A program made the translations under genes and the position numbers. Source: Octopus bimaculoides (Eukaryota). From it: 64,000 nt of DNA. The stretch is taken from the NCBI RefSeq assembly GCF_001194135.2, contig NC_068988.1:90102688-90166687 (forward strand). The letters are read 5' to 3'. Numbering within the stretch: position 1 is the stretch's first letter; each line of letters begins with the position of its first letter. Of this stretch, positions 1 through 14,588 are shown piece by piece. Below the pieces are notes generated by a model. It saw nothing but the letters and a program-made list of their open reading frames with translations, searched no databases and was not told the origin of the DNA.

Positions 1-405
1 TGTATGTATGTATATAAACATACTTAAACATATATACATACATTTATGTATGTGAGAGTATGTATGTGAATATACAACCTATGTATTATGACATATACGT
101 ACGCAAACTCCGATATGAATGAGTGTATATACGAAATGCATGTATGTATATGTGTGTGCATTAGTGTTCTATGTATATTTGTGTTTGTTCATATGTATGT
201 ATGTAAACGAATGCATGATTCTATGTATCTGTACTACTACTACTGCTACAAAAAATATTTATAACAATAGTAATAATAATAACGGGAAAAAAACTAGAGG
301 AGGGGAGGGGAGGAGAAAGGAGGAGGAGCAGCAACAGGAGGAGCAGGAGCAAGAGGAGCAGGGGAAGGAGGTGCAGGAGGAGCATGAGTAGGAGCAGGAG
401 AAGCG

Positions 406-469
406 GGAGGAGGAGGAGGAGGAGGAGGAGAAGAAGAAGAAGAAGAAGAAGAAGAAGAAGAAGAAGAAG

Positions 470-499
<30 letters not shown>
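406..499. repeat. (GAG)n(GAA)n compound microsatellite
   Basis: Direct: a GAG run followed by about 24 GAA units. Confidence 0.95.
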
Positions 500-500
<1 letters not shown>

Positions 501-2094
501 GGATATGTTTTGAAATGATGATATTTATTATGATTATGATGATAACAGTTATATTCTCGCTGTTAATGGTTTTAGTATTAGAGGTGCATAACCAGAAAAC
601 ATTTTATTTTTATCCCATTTTGGAAATAACAGCAACTACAGAAATAAAAAAAACAACAAAAACGTTGCATCCGAAATCGTTGGAAGGAAATTGCGACGTA
701 ATAAAGAAAATGTTAAAGAAATAGAGCAAAAAAGAAATCAATAACAAGGAAAATAATATAATACTAATGGAGAATTGAAACCATGAGAGAGAGAGACAGA
801 GAAAGATATAAAAGCAAAATGAGAGTGGGAGACCAAAATGAGAGACAAGAGTGAGAGACCAAAATGAGAGAAAGACTAAACAGAAGGCAGTGTTAAAGGA
901 AGATAAAAAGAGAGATGGGGGGAAAATGAAGAAATGTAACCGAAACAAGAACACAAGAGAAATAATCAATGTTTTAATTGTACTCTTTTATGATGGGGGA
1001 ATTACTTAGACGCAAGGTTATAGGGTCGCAGCTTCAGAATATTCGGTGGTGGTGGTGAGGTTATTAATTTTTTTGAAGTGAAATGCTACAGGAGGGACAG
1101 ACAGACAAATAGTGTCACTAAGTATTAGACCTAGTTGTATAAACTTAACTATTAAGATACTCCAATTGGCACTCCTTGGACTGTATCGTCTTTCTCTATT
1201 AAGTCAGTAACTGTATTGTCTCATGTAGATTTCTTTATTTAAGATGTTAATGTACGATAGAAAAAAATGTTAAAGTCATTATATCCAGGAGTTCGAACTA
1301 CAGAATAGATACTATTCGTTATATGTAAACGTTTTTCGATAAAAGGGTTGCATGAGATTTGGCTCATCATCTGATGAGACACACTACTAAAAAAATTTCA
1401 ATTTAAAATTTTAATAAACGTTATTTTTATCGTGTAATTAGAGGTGCCATTCAGAATGCACCGTAAACTGCAGGTTTCCCATGACTAGAATAAAGACACA
1501 CTCATTTGTTCGTTGGCATTATTTCGAACACAGACAAGTGGTTATAATGTATTGGGTTGTTCGTGGGAAATAGGCTGCTGCAATTAGTTCGAATAATGTC
1601 ACTGAATAGTAATCTATTTACAATAATTCATATTGAAATGAGAAACATGACAATAAAAAACATGGAAAAAAAAACGGCAAACATGTGGTTTGTGATTATA
1701 TACGGGAAAACGTTTTGTCTTTTGCAATCCTGTTAACATTGAATACTGTCGAATAGTGGTTCGAACTTTTCTCATCCTGCTTATTACTAACTCGATTTAC
1801 AACCAAATATCACAAGGATATTTCTTTGCAAATCATATTGCCTATTTAACCAATAGTTTTTGATATTAAATATGAAAATGTTTCATCATGAATTATCGAT
1901 CTGGTCAAACATAATAGATTCATCTCTCTTAATTTCATAACCGTTTAAACATTTACAAATATACTTCTATACACCAAAGTAATTAGTTCAGTTAAAGCAC
2001 AGTCTCTCGACTATACACATATATATGTGTGTGTGAGTATGTGTGTGTGTCTGTATATATTTATATACATACATATATATATATATATATACAT

Positions 2095-2450
2095 CATCAT
2101 CATCATCATCGTTTGACGTCCGCCTTCCATGCTAGCATGGGTTGGACGATTTGACTGAGGACTGGTGAAACCGGATGGCAACACCAGGCTCCAATCTAAT
2201 TTGGCAGAGTTTCTACAGCTGGATGCCCTTCCTAACGCCAACCACTCAGAGAGTGTAGTGGGTGCNNNNNNNNNNAATCTAATTTGGCAGAGTTTCTACA
2301 GCTGGATGCCCTTCCTAACGCCAACCACTCAGAGAGTGTAGTGGGTGCTTTTACGTGTCACCCGCACGAAAACGGCCACGCTGGAAATGGTGTCTTTTAT
2401 GTGCCACCCGTACAAGAGCCAGTCCAGGGGCACTGGCAATGATCTCGCTC
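2095..2450 (-). mobile_element. Non-LTR retroelement 3' fragment or derived SINE, RTE-like, with (GAT)n tail
   Basis: The minus strand ends ...GGACGTCAAACGATGATGATG. It contains ctggatgcccttcctaacgccaacc, a motif I recall from RTE-associated 3' ends. About 70 bp is duplicated across the 10-N gap at 2266-2275. Confidence 0.55.
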
Positions 2451-5110
2451 ATATGCATACGTACATTCTACATACATACATGCGTGGGTATGTACATATA
2501 TAGTAAATGTTTGAGAGTGACTTCGAAGTTTCGAATTAGCTGCGTTTCTCACATCGTCAGTCATACTTTGCTCCAAGTGGGTTGGTACGCATCCCGTTGA
2601 CCCAATGATTATAGACATTATAATAGACAACTGTGGATCCTGGATTTTGAATCATTTTTTTCAATGAGCCATAGACGTTTTCTTTGTCCGGTATATTCCT
2701 GATCAAGTTAGTGTCTAGATAGTTAGTGTCTAGATATCCACAACCGAAAATATGTCTTTTACTCCCGCTCGCACACAGCAATATCTAACCGCTAGCATTT
2801 TAACTTAGTAACTGTTTTTATTTTTAAATGCCATGAATATTTTTTTCTGCCATCGGTTTCAGTATATATTTATATATATATAAGTATATATGTATATATA
2901 TGTGTATGTATGTATATATATATATATATATATNNNNNNNNNNNNNNNNNNNNNNNNNNNNNNNNNNNNNNNNNNNNNNNNNNNNNNNNNNNNNNNNNNN
3001 NNNNNNNNNNNNNNNNNNNNNNNNNNNNNNNNNNNNNNNNNNNNNNNNNNNNNNNNNNNNNNNNNNNNNNNNNNNNNNNNNNNNNNNNNNNNNNNNNNNN
3101 NNNNNNNNNNNNNNNNNNNNNNNNNNNNNNNNNNNNNNNNNNNNNNNNNNNNNNNNNNNNNNNNNNNNNNNNNNNNNNNNNNNNNNNNNNNNNNNNNNNN
3201 NNNNNNNNNNNNNNNNNNNNNNNNNNNNNNNNNNNNNNNNNNNNNNNNNNNNNNNNNNNNNNNNNNNNNNNNNNNNNNNNNNNNNNNNNNNNNNNNNNNN
3301 NNNNNNNNNNNNNNNNNNNNNNNNNNNNNNNNNNNNNNNNNNNNNNNNNNNNNNNNNNNNNNNNNNNNNNNNNNNNNNNNNNNNNNNNNNNNNNNNNNNN
3401 NNNNNNNNNNATCATTGCTCTTGATTCTTTGCGAACCTCAAATAAAACAAGGTGCTTGGGATTCTTCTATCTTTTCCTTTTTCAATATCGTGTCGTTCTC
3501 TTTGCTTTTAACATTTACCAGTTTTAATCATTGACCAGAGGCCATACTATTCACAGACTTGAAAAGTGACATAACTGGCGACGCCTAAAAACACTCGAAC
3601 TGGTTCGTCCTTGTCTATATTTCACTTCTCTTCTTTTTTTTTTTTCCAAACAGTAGACGTTTGTTCATGCCCCTAAATATATCAATATTGTGAAAAAGAA
3701 AGAGAAGTAATACACAGAGGAGCAACAACTAGTGAGTGTCTTTATATGCAGTTTTATTTATTTACACAAATATAATATTTTGTTTTTAAATTTACAGTTT
3801 CAGGTTAAATTCTTGCAAAGCGAATTCAAAAACAATCGCTTTCTTTATTGTTTTCTCTATATAATTTAATTGTTGTGGTTGTATTATGTATACCTAATAG
3901 TATTTTACATGTGTGTGTGTGTTTCTGTGTGTCCAGTTTGTATATGTTGCACATTTTTTATATTCCGTATATTATGTTCTCTGGCGTTGCTGGTAAAGCA
4001 GACGAGAGTTAGTTGTTACTTTAAGTCTGCTCTTCTGAAGTTAGTATTTTGTGTAATTTATGCTAAGTTTGCGTAGTTACTCAGTTCGTCGGGAAGAATA
4101 ATCAGATGACGTCAGTGTGATGTCATTTGTTGATGGGACAGTGTTTATCCCTTGAGAACGTTTTAGTGGATTGTCTGACATTAAGTAGGATTAGATGTGT
4201 GCATGAATATCAACATTCCTTGTTTTTCTAAATTCTGTCATTGGTTGTAAGATAATTTGTTGAAAAAAGTCTACGAAGGAGCCTTTCCAGCATCGTACTG
4301 TATTACTGAAATGCTTGGCAAATCTCCCACAAATTACACCTCCTCAGCTTAACACGTAAACATATGCCATATAGACGCTTGTAAGATGCGAGATTTTCAG
4401 GCGCAATAAGGACACGTGGGATCACATTAAATTTGTAAATAAGACATTTTCAAATGTGCGTATTTATATTATATAAATGTTTTCCCTCTCTTAGCGTTGT
4501 GTTTAAATAGAAGGCAATTATGCGTAGCTCCTAAGTTTGCAGTCGGTAATAAAATATAAAAGATATTTCTATCACGTAAATGTTATTAGCACAATGATTA
4601 CAAAGCCGAGTGTGTTCTGTGAGTGTGTGTGTGTGCCTGTGTATGTGTGTGTGCGCACGCGCGTCAGTGAATGTTTACATACGGTACTTATACAATCAAA
4701 ATTATGTTATATCAAAATATATATCTATATTACAGGCAAAGGACAAAAAAATAACCAATGTCGCTATAATGTGATTTCTGCCCACATCATTTTATGTATC
4801 CAAATATGAGTGTGTGCGTGTGCGTTTGTGTGTGTCTGTGAGTGTGCGTGTGTAAATGTAAATATATATATATATATATATACGCATATACATATAAATA
4901 TAAATACACAAGTAAATGCATCTGTACACTTATGTGTGCATGTAAACATGTGCTTNNNNNNNNNNNNNNNNNNNNNNNNNNNNNNNNNNNNNNNNNNNNN
5001 NNNNNNNNNNNNNNNNNNNNNNNNNNNNNNNNNNNNNNNNNNNNNNNNNNNNNNNNNNNNNNNNNNNNNNNNNNNNNNNNNNNNNNNNNNNNNNNNNACA
5101 TGTTTACATG

Positions 5111-5148
<38 letters not shown>

Positions 5149-5651
5149 CATATATACGTACAATGCGTACACCTATGCATACGAGTGTGTATGTGTTTAG
5201 GTATGTATGCATGCACTGAAGAAAAAATAAAACATCAAAACATTATTACTACAACAACGAAAATTCTATAAGATACTATACACCGCACCAATGTTTGGAA
5301 ACTAAATCTATTTCTTCAGAAGAGATGAAAAACAAATCCGCAGTAGACATCGTGGTGCTTTCCTGCTGTAAAGCTAGTACACAATTAGTAGTCAATCTGT
5401 CCCGAAATTACCATTTTTTTTTCCTATTTGTTTGCACCACGCCATCTTTTTCCGTTCGTTTCCATATTTTCTTTTTTGTCATTATTGGTGTTTCTCCTCT
5501 ATTTTTCGCAATTTTATTATAATTATTATTTTCTTCACCTTCTTATAAGTATTCCATCTTATATGTTTCTATGGCAACAATTTTCTTCTTCTGCATCTAA
5601 TAATTCTTAGATATTTTTATTTGTTCTTTCTAATGCCTTTGTCTTTCACTG

Positions 5652-5658
<7 letters not shown>

Positions 5659-5738
<80 letters not shown>
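5659..5738. repeat. (CT)n microsatellite
   Basis: Direct. Confidence 0.95.
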
Positions 5739-5741
<3 letters not shown>

Positions 5742-6249
5742 TCTCCCTCTCCGTCTCTCCTTTCTCTCCTCTTTTGTTGCTGCTTTTATTTTTTATTAGC
5801 TCTTTACACTTTATCTTGTTCTCGTTAATTTTCTTCGTGATTGTTTTTGTTCTATTGTATACTATTTTCTTTTCACTATTATTATTTTTGTTGTTACCAT
5901 TTCCGTTTTTACTGTTGTTGTTGCTGCTGCTGCTGTCATGGTGTTATTGGAGTAGTGGTATTGGTAGTCTTGTAGGCGTGGGGTGACTGGGTGGCTTTCT
6001 TATGCTTCATAGTCTTAATCGACTTGCCTTTGTTGTTTATTTTCTCCCATTTTCCTTCTCCGTATTATTGTACTCTTTATTTTTTTACGCCTCCTCTCTC
6101 ATTCTACTCCTCCTTTACTCCTTCTCCTCCTCTCCTATTAATTCTTATTTTTTCTTTCTTTTTTACCATATCTATAGAAGTCCTGGTCATCATTGACTTC
6201 ATCGTCATCATCATCATCATTATTATTAATATCTTAGAAACCTGATAGT

Positions 6250-7135
6250 GTGTAAGAGCAATGATTCTAGGCGTCGATGTCCATGTACTAGCTGGTCTAA
6301 TTCGGAGGACTTCTGCAAACAGTACTTGCGTAAAAACAAGGAAATCCTTGACCTGGTAGTGTTACTGAGGATCATTGGCGGTTCGAGATAAACTCTAAAG
6401 GCACGGAAGCGCTGCCAAGCGAGACTGCCCGAAATGCACAATCTCCACGCGCTGTTGTAGTGCCCAGTTATTGCTGATATGTGGAGTTTTGTTGGACAGC
6501 TGATATCGTGTGTGGGACGAATCCGAATATAGACAGAATCCGTTGTCATGTTCCCCCTCTCATTCACCTTTTGCAGGGCTAAGCAGGCGATGTTTCATGG
6601 AGTAGTGGGTGTGGCAAAAGAGGTTTTGTACTGGACCAGGTTGAAAGGACTGAGGAGAGACATCTTCCAATTTGGTCAAGCCATCATCGACTTTTTATAG
6701 TTTCATTTGAAAAGGAAAGTGAGGATTGGGTCAGAGGAGTTAACGCTCAGTGAATGTGTGAAAACATGAGTGACTATATGAAAAAATGGTTAGAATGAAA
6801 GGACATACTACAAGCATGCGCCTATAATTACCAAGCAACACTTGGAAGAGGGTTCGTACATTTGGTGATGGAGGTAATCCTGACTTTGTGAGGTTCCTTG
6901 ATTGGCACCAATTGGAGTTTCTCCTACATCAAGACAAGTGCATCAATCATTTTATTACATAGTCCGTATACTGCGTATTGTTTACCAGATTTCACAGGCT
7001 TTTGCACTTAGTTTTCTTCATCGATAAAATAAGTACCTCACAAAACTTGTTGTCTTTGTGATGTCCTCTTCGTGTAGTAGAACACCTGATGTCACGTGTG
7101 GGACGGATCCGGCTATCAACTGAATCTATTGTAAA
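6250..7135 (-). mobile_element. Highly decayed coding-like relic, possibly a retroelement of unassigned family
   Basis: GC-richer than the flanks, with a 113-aa minus ORF and an internal ~45-bp direct repeat (from 6500 and 7086). No diagnostic catalytic motif recognised. Confidence 0.25.
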
Positions 7136-8886
7136 GATTGCTCGGTGCCCTCTTTTGGCCGGGAGGGGCAGGTAATTTTTATTTGTTTAGTGGCTGTAGT
7201 AAAAGAGGTAGTATGCCAGACCAGTTACCCTTTCCCCCGAAATTGATGGCCTTGTGCCAAAATTTATTATTATTATTGAGGAATGGTAACCTGGTGAATT
7301 GATAAACCATCTGAAATGTATTCTTTAATGATGGTATTCCGGTTACCAACGTTCTAAGCTCAAGTGTTACCGAGATCAGCTTTGCTTTTCAGCCCCTCCC
7401 CTAAAACGTGCTGGAATTGTGCCTAAATTAGTGTTGCTGTTTTGTTTTGTTTTTGTTTTGTTTATGCGCTGGTTAGGGTTGTTGTTGTTGCTGGTTTCAC
7501 CGTTGTTGTTTCGCTGTAGAAATTGCCTTGTAAGATTTGAGAGATGTTGGTAGTTATGGGTTTGCTATTGGTGTTATTGTTATCCGACTTCAACACAGCA
7601 TCTCTAACCGAATTCATGTTTTATGCGTTTCATCATTTTACTCCGTCATCATCACCACATTCCCTCCAATCAACATCAAGATCGTCACCACGTACATACT
7701 CCGCCCAATAATCATTATAATAATCGTCATTTCCACACACCCCACCCCACCCCAACACCATTAATATCAACTACATCAACAATATCATCATCAACATAAC
7801 CACCATCATCAACATCATTATCATCATCATCATTACCACCACCATCAACAGCAACATCAACATCATCATCACCATCATCGTTTTCATCGTCATCAGAATT
7901 TCTGTCATCATCCCCATAAACATAATCATCAGCAACTACTATATTGTTAGCAAGAACGTCGTCTAATAATTCTTTTATGTATTTATTCTTTTAATTTTCT
8001 TTTCTCCTTCCGGCTATTGTTGTTCAACAAGGCGCCATGCTTTTTTCACAATTATTACAAATTCGAATCGCTATTTCCGCCACCATCAGCACCAGCATAA
8101 TGCCTTCTGCCTCATTTTCTAAATAATAGTGTTATTGCTATTATACTGATTCATTATTTTCCATGTTATTCTTAGTTATATAAATATCATTGTGAATGCT
8201 ACTGTCGATCTCTTAATATTTTTTGTATGCAAGGGAACACATTGTCCGTAAGTTAATTTTACATATTTACGTACATTTATACATACCAACACGCACATGT
8301 ATATATATATATATATATNNNNNNNNNNNNNNNNNNNNNNNNNNNNNNNNNNNNNNNNNNNNNNNNNNNNNNNNNNNNNNNNNNNNNNNNNNNNNNNNNN
8401 NNNTATGTATGTATGTATGTATGTATGTATGTATGTATGTATGTATGTATGTATGTATTTTTACGTATATGTGTGTGTGTGTGTATAAAGAAGCGAAAAC
8501 TAGTTGGGACAATTAATTCAGAGTGGTTAGTGGCATGTATTTGAACAAGAAATACAAAAGGTATATTAAATACCGTAAAAGAAAAAGTTCTTGATTTATT
8601 GAAATTATCTCTTGTTCTAGAGGAGATTTATTATGATTTTATTTCTGTTGTGTTGTTATTTTATTAGACGTACAAACAATTATTATTATGGTTAGTAATA
8701 TAATTTATCTTGTTTCTTTAGCATGATGGAAATTAGAAATATTTTTGTCGGCAAAACCATACGTTTGACCGACATTAATTTTTCATTTTTGTCATTAAAT
8801 GCTCCATTATTACGTGAGTATATGGGCGACTAATCGTACACACACACATACAAACAAACACACACACACATGCAAACACACGCACG

Positions 8887-8921
<35 letters not shown>

Positions 8922-9754
8922 TGTAAATGAAAAAGGTAAGTAACAAGAAATCAAATAATAATTAGTACCGACAACAAACATTACCAAATATTGTATTAGG
9001 TTAATGCTTACAACAAGGAAGAGAGAAGCTTAATATTTTGGACGTCGCTCCTTCATCAGAAGAAAAGCATAGATGGAGAGAAAAGGGAAAAGTGAAAGGT
9101 CGTTGGGAAAAAGGGAAGGAAAAAATAAAAAAGGTAAGGAAGGAAGAATACTATATACATTCATATTTTTATTGTTTATAACTTTTACTTAATTGTTTTG
9201 TGCAGCTAAAAATACTCGCTTCTGTACTTCTATCTTATGTAGATACTTCTTCTAGTCTGAAGTGTAATTCTAAATATATGATGAATCATGCATGCAAGGC
9301 AAAAATATCGCCTAAAACACAAGTTGACCTTGTTTTATAACGTGTTGCTTGCCTTTATAACTGTACATACACTGAATTTAGATTGAAATGTTTTCTGCCT
9401 ACTTATTACAGTTTGCATGTTTGAAAAAATTATGCAATCCACGCTACTTGTTGTTTGCAACTAGGGTTTTAAAAACGGCGTTAGTACTATATAAACTTTG
9501 TGTCCAGATTTCAATATTTCAGTTCCGTAGATTATAGAACTGCCCCGAATAATTGTGAAAAAATCATGGCACCTTCTTTGACAATAATAGCCAGGAGGAG
9601 AAAAGAAAATTAAAAGAATAAATAGATAACAGAATTATTAGACGACTTCACTACTTACAATATCGTAGTTGCTGAAGATGATGCTTATGGGGATGATGAC
9701 AGAAATTCTGATGACGAATGAAACGATAATGGTGATGATGATGTTGATATTGTT

Positions 9755-9761
9755 GCTCTTC

Positions 9762-9817
<56 letters not shown>

Positions 9818-9890
9818 GGTGGTGGTGGTAGTGATGATGATGGTGATGATGATGATGATGATGATGAGGAGGAGGAGGAGGAGGAGGATG
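9755..9890. repeat. (GAT)n(GGT)n(GAT)n(GAG)n compound trinucleotide microsatellite
   Basis: Direct. Confidence 0.95.
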
Positions 9891-11679
9891 TTGATGATAT
9901 TATTGACGTAGTTGATATCACTGGTGTTGTAGAAGATGACGATTATTATCTGTACATTTTTATAACCGAGAAGTAAATACTGAACCTGCGGATCTTGGAG
10001 GACCGTCAAGTCTTCAAGTCTCATTAGCTTAACATGTATTTCTTAACCTGGTTGTGCCGTTTAAGATGACTGACGGGTCACATACCTCGTTAAACGTTAT
10101 ACTTTTGTGGCATGGTTCCTTTAATGTGTATTTCAAAGCTAATCATGCTGTTCCTCATCCGCGGGTACGTTGTGGCTTTTGGCCTTTACAGTTTCATCGC
10201 CCTTAAACCTCAAGCAGTATTTATATTGGGACATTTGTTCCTGATTAAAAGCCATTCTTTCTTTCCCCAAAGTGTTGCAGTGTACAGTGGTTTGTACTTC
10301 AGGCTATTAAAAAAAAAACCTAACTCAATTAAGAGACTAGGGTATTATTTTATTGGCATTCCAAGAAGTATAAGCCAAGTTGATATTGGTGGGATATTAA
10401 TTCAGAACGTGACGGTCAAGATCAAATATAGCAACTTGATTCCTCCGATGCTCTTTCGTTTCCGTCAGTCTGAGGTTAATTAACATGTTTTACTGATTTC
10501 CATGGTAAATGTAATTCCTCTTCAACGTTCTGTCTTCCAAGTTACTAAAGTATGCTAATAAGTTCACTATAGTGCTTTATACCTTTTAGTTCGTTTTATT
10601 ACAGATTTGTGACTTCTAGAAGGTTTCACGACTTTACGTCTTCAAGTTAACTAATAAAATGCTTTCACAAATTGCTAAAGAGACAACAAAAAGAACTAGA
10701 GAACAAATAATATTCAAAATATATCTGAAATACATAAAAGATAAATTAAGTTGACGCCTCATTCTTATAGAATCCATGTGAGACCAATTTAAAAAGAAAA
10801 ATCAATAAAAATTAATAATGACATATTTAAATATTCATTGCTGCAATATTCTTAACCTCTCTTCATCATTTTCCTATTTTATATTTCCGCACATAAAATA
10901 TGACTTTAGACTACAGAACATTAGCAACATAAACATCAGTTGTAAATCACATTTACAATGAATCGAAGACTGTTTCCAAAGGCGTCGCAGAAATGAGACT
11001 ATAGGGAATAAATGGTCCTTGAAATGGTACACCAGGGGGTATTCGAGATTCTAGGGCCCTTTACCTACTACACTGGATTTTATGTCTCTAAGCCAATGAA
11101 AAACCGATGATAAGAATCGACTCTATCTGAAAAAATATATAGTGATCCTTCGTCGGTTTCGACGAAGTATTCGTTAGTTCTGGAATCTGTCATTCAATAA
11201 GTTTAAGAAGCTTAACTGGTTGAAAATAGCATAGACATAAGAACTGGTATCATCATTCTCATCTACAATTGTCATGGTACAGTTTGTAGCAATGCTAAGC
11301 CCCTTCAAGTGCATGTGCAGAATATACAAGAGCCTCATTTAGTTTTGGTACCCCTAATTTTAATCATCACAATGTAGAAGGACAAAGGGAAATCAATCGA
11401 GCTCCCTATAATTTCAAAGCCAACTTCTTAACGGGACCATTGAAGCAGAAACCATAAAGATGTAGAGTTTAGGCACTTACTCCTGGTAGATATAGCATCG
11501 TTATATTTTTAAGACGTTGATGTTGATGTAAATACGCAGCATGCTGGGCTACAGTCGTTTTACCTACGATGTTAAAATACGAAGAGCTTAGCTTTCATAT
11601 AGCCTTCATATAAACAAGTATATGAGTTAGGTTATGTCAACATTACTGTATGTATTTCCCCACTAGGTATTATCTTTTA

Positions 11680-12143
11680 TTTTTTTACTAGTCATTCGAC
11701 TGTGGCCACACGGGGCAAAGGGTTGGAATCGAACAAATCGACAGCAGTACTTACTGTTTAAAAAGTTTAGTACGTAATTCATCGGTCACGTTTGGAGAAC
11801 TGCTACGGTATGGGGATATAAACAAAGCAACACTGATTGTCAAGCGGTGCAGAGACACAAACACAAAGCCACATATTTATACATACATACATATATACAT
11901 ACATATGTGTGTACGTGTGTGTGTGTGCATGTTTGTATGTGTGTGTCTGTGTGTCTGTGCGTGTGTCTGTGTGTGTATGTGTGTGTGTGTATCTGTTCTT
12001 CCGATTTCTAAATCTAACAGCGCTTTGGACGGCCCGAGGCTGTAGTAGAAGACATTTGCCCAATATCCCACTCATCGGGACGGGCTCAAATTCATGTGGC
12101 TGGAGATCAGTCCTCTTACCTACACAGCCATGCCTGCACCTAT
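11680..12143 (-). mobile_element. tRNA-headed SINE family B (CORE-like), diverged copy
   Basis: Colinear with the copies at 22327, 37151 and 63006, with a central (CA)/(TG) tract and ggcccgaggctgtagtagaagacatttgccc. Confidence 0.8.
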
Positions 12144-13315
12144 AATATGAATTTCGTTTACATAATGTCCACAAGAAGGGCTATCAACATTGATGTATAC
12201 ATAAAACATAAAATCTACCACACGGTTTCACCTCCGTTAAAAATATGAGCAAGTTTGACGTATTGTTCTACTCAGAATTGATAGTTACCGTGAGGAACGA
12301 TTTTCTTGTACATAGGCTTCATGTTGAGGTTTAGCCCATATTAAACTAAAGAATTATCAAGTACTGTTGCATATTATCTCCCCTATTTCTAATTGCGCTC
12401 TTTATGAAATTTCATAAATTACGAGTCTCAGTTCAAGGACTGAGAAATGCTTAGTGATATATGTTTCTATAAGAAGATTAAGTTCTGATTATTTGCGGAG
12501 AATATTTTTATTGGCCTGAGGTTTGTTCGAATAAATTGTAATGTCCTGGAGGTGGTAATCTATCTGACACGTGTTTTTGACTTACACTTATGTTTACCTG
12601 ATGGAAAATATTTGCATCTAGTTAAATTGATTGTATTATTTTGGAGACAAGAAGATGTATGTAACCTAATAGAGTAACCATTAATCTATTATTTTGACTC
12701 TTTAGTTTGTACAAACACAAATTATTTATAACATGCTTCTTTGATCAGAATATAATATGAAGATTGTACGCATGTTATTCGGAAATAATAATAATATTTT
12801 TTTTCATTAAAAATACTTTATCTCTTGGACAAATAATTCTACTTCTTCTTTTCAGTGAAGAATTTTCTTTACCAAATCCTCTCCTTTCACAGATTTACCT
12901 GTCTCTTTCGAAAGAGTGTTGAAATTGATTGCACATATCTCATGTCAGATAAAGTCATCGCACTGATTTGTTGTATAGGGCACACAATTCGCATTTGATA
13001 AAGTTAACAAAAGGACATTACTCAGGGCTGCCTTATTCATAAATTAGGGGCAATATTCATAACAGAGTAAGCAAAAAGAAGAACGGTAAGGTTGACAACT
13101 TTCATATTTTATTGATAAATCATTGAATAGCGACACAGGAAATACCAGGTTTTTTGAGGTGACAACTCGGCACATGTTTCGGTCTTGTTGACCCTCCTCT
13201 TATTTGTCATTACGAGATTTAATTTAATTGTCTTTTTTTTTAATTAAGTTTTACTTTTATATTTATAGTTATTTTTATGCATGAATATTTGCACACCTTC
13301 TATAATGACCCATTC

Positions 13316-13371
<56 letters not shown>

Positions 13372-13585
13372 CATATGCATATATATAAATATATATATAT
13401 ATGTATGTAGGGTGGGTTATTTGCATGTTTAGAACTAAAAGGAAGAAATATATACGCCACTGAAATGACTAAGGGCTCTTGTCAGTACCAGTATTGCTAG
13501 AAATAACAGTCAAAACAAAGCATACTCATAAGACAGCACTTATCTTAATGACTGACAAGCGAATCAAGCTCCCTAGTCTACTGAC

Positions 13586-13636
<51 letters not shown>

Positions 13637-14588
13637 TCAGTTTAATGATGTATATATATATATATATATATATGTATATCTATATATATACATCATTACA
13701 CGTATACATATACATATACGTGTGTATATGTGCATGTTTATGCATGTGTGCGTGAATGTTTGCCTGTGTGTGTGTGAGTGTAGTGTGCGTATGCGTGTTT
13801 GCGCGCGTTCGTGCGTGTGTGCGTGTGTACGTATGACAGGCATTCGAATAGCAGTTTCCGCTTAACAAATTCACTTACAAAGCATCAGGAGGTCCATGCT
13901 TTCAGTACAAGCATATGCGCAAAGAAACTTGTCAAACTAAACCTAAAACAACGCGGCTACGAAGCAAATTTTTCCAACGCACAACCATGCCCGTGCCTTA
14001 AATTATGTGTTGGGTGATACCATTGAATATGTTAGCATTCATTCCGTTTCTGAATTGGAAGTTAATCTTCTATCTCTATGACTCTGAATCTGAAATATTT
14101 CCCACGCTTGAAGCCATCTTTGGCAGCTATTTTGGTAAAGCGAAACAATTCTCAATTTAGAAATAAAAATAAAGTTTTAAAAAATAGCAATTTTTACATT
14201 TTCTTTGTCAGACACTTGAGCTATACAATGGTTTAGTTTCATTTGTAAAATGAAAGAATAAAGTGCGATGAGAATGTGTGTTGCATAATGCTACACAGCA
14301 TGATAAATTGTGCGTAATTACAGTGAAGGAAAAGATAATTTCTTTTGCTTCATTCAGGAAATCACACTGGTTACGAGTTAGAACATTCGGCAGTGTTCTC
14401 ATTACATTCACAGAAGTTAATAAATGTTGTTCGCAAAGGTGAACTAACGTTAGATTCCCATTGCCATTGGTAGGTAACATCATGCGTTTTGTAACAAAAA
14501 TAAATTACAAGACCGATATGTATGCATATACATAAATATATACATTATTTACATTTGACGGATATTTGTCCTCATCTTGTTTGTTGTT

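Noticed and set aside
1363-1380. CTGATGAG with a small hairpin
   Set aside because: No stem II/GAAA follows; not a hammerhead.
2194-2348. Apparent ~70-bp tandem duplication
   Set aside because: The copies are essentially identical and separated by exactly 10 Ns, typical of an unmerged contig overlap.
2870-3534. Long ORFs of X residues (also at 21.1-21.8, 28.3-28.8, 42.2-42.9, 47.3-48.0, 49.0-49.9, 59.3-60.0 and 62.5-63.1 kb)
   Set aside because: They are translations through N gaps and flanking (TA)n; not coding.
4105-4125. Palindromic CRE (TGACGTCA) with a nearby TGATGTCA
   Set aside because: A single 8-mer is expected by chance in 64 kb; no other promoter evidence.
10086-10303. Minus-strand exon candidate with good acceptor and donor; plus-strand 123-aa ORF at 10112-10483
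   Set aside because: All three minus frames hit a stop before the donor, and neither peptide resembles a known family.
11250-11500. Possible CR1/L2 3' relic (also a purine-rich RTE-like stretch at ~29820-30300)
   Set aside because: Similarity too decayed to support by eye; needs a profile search.
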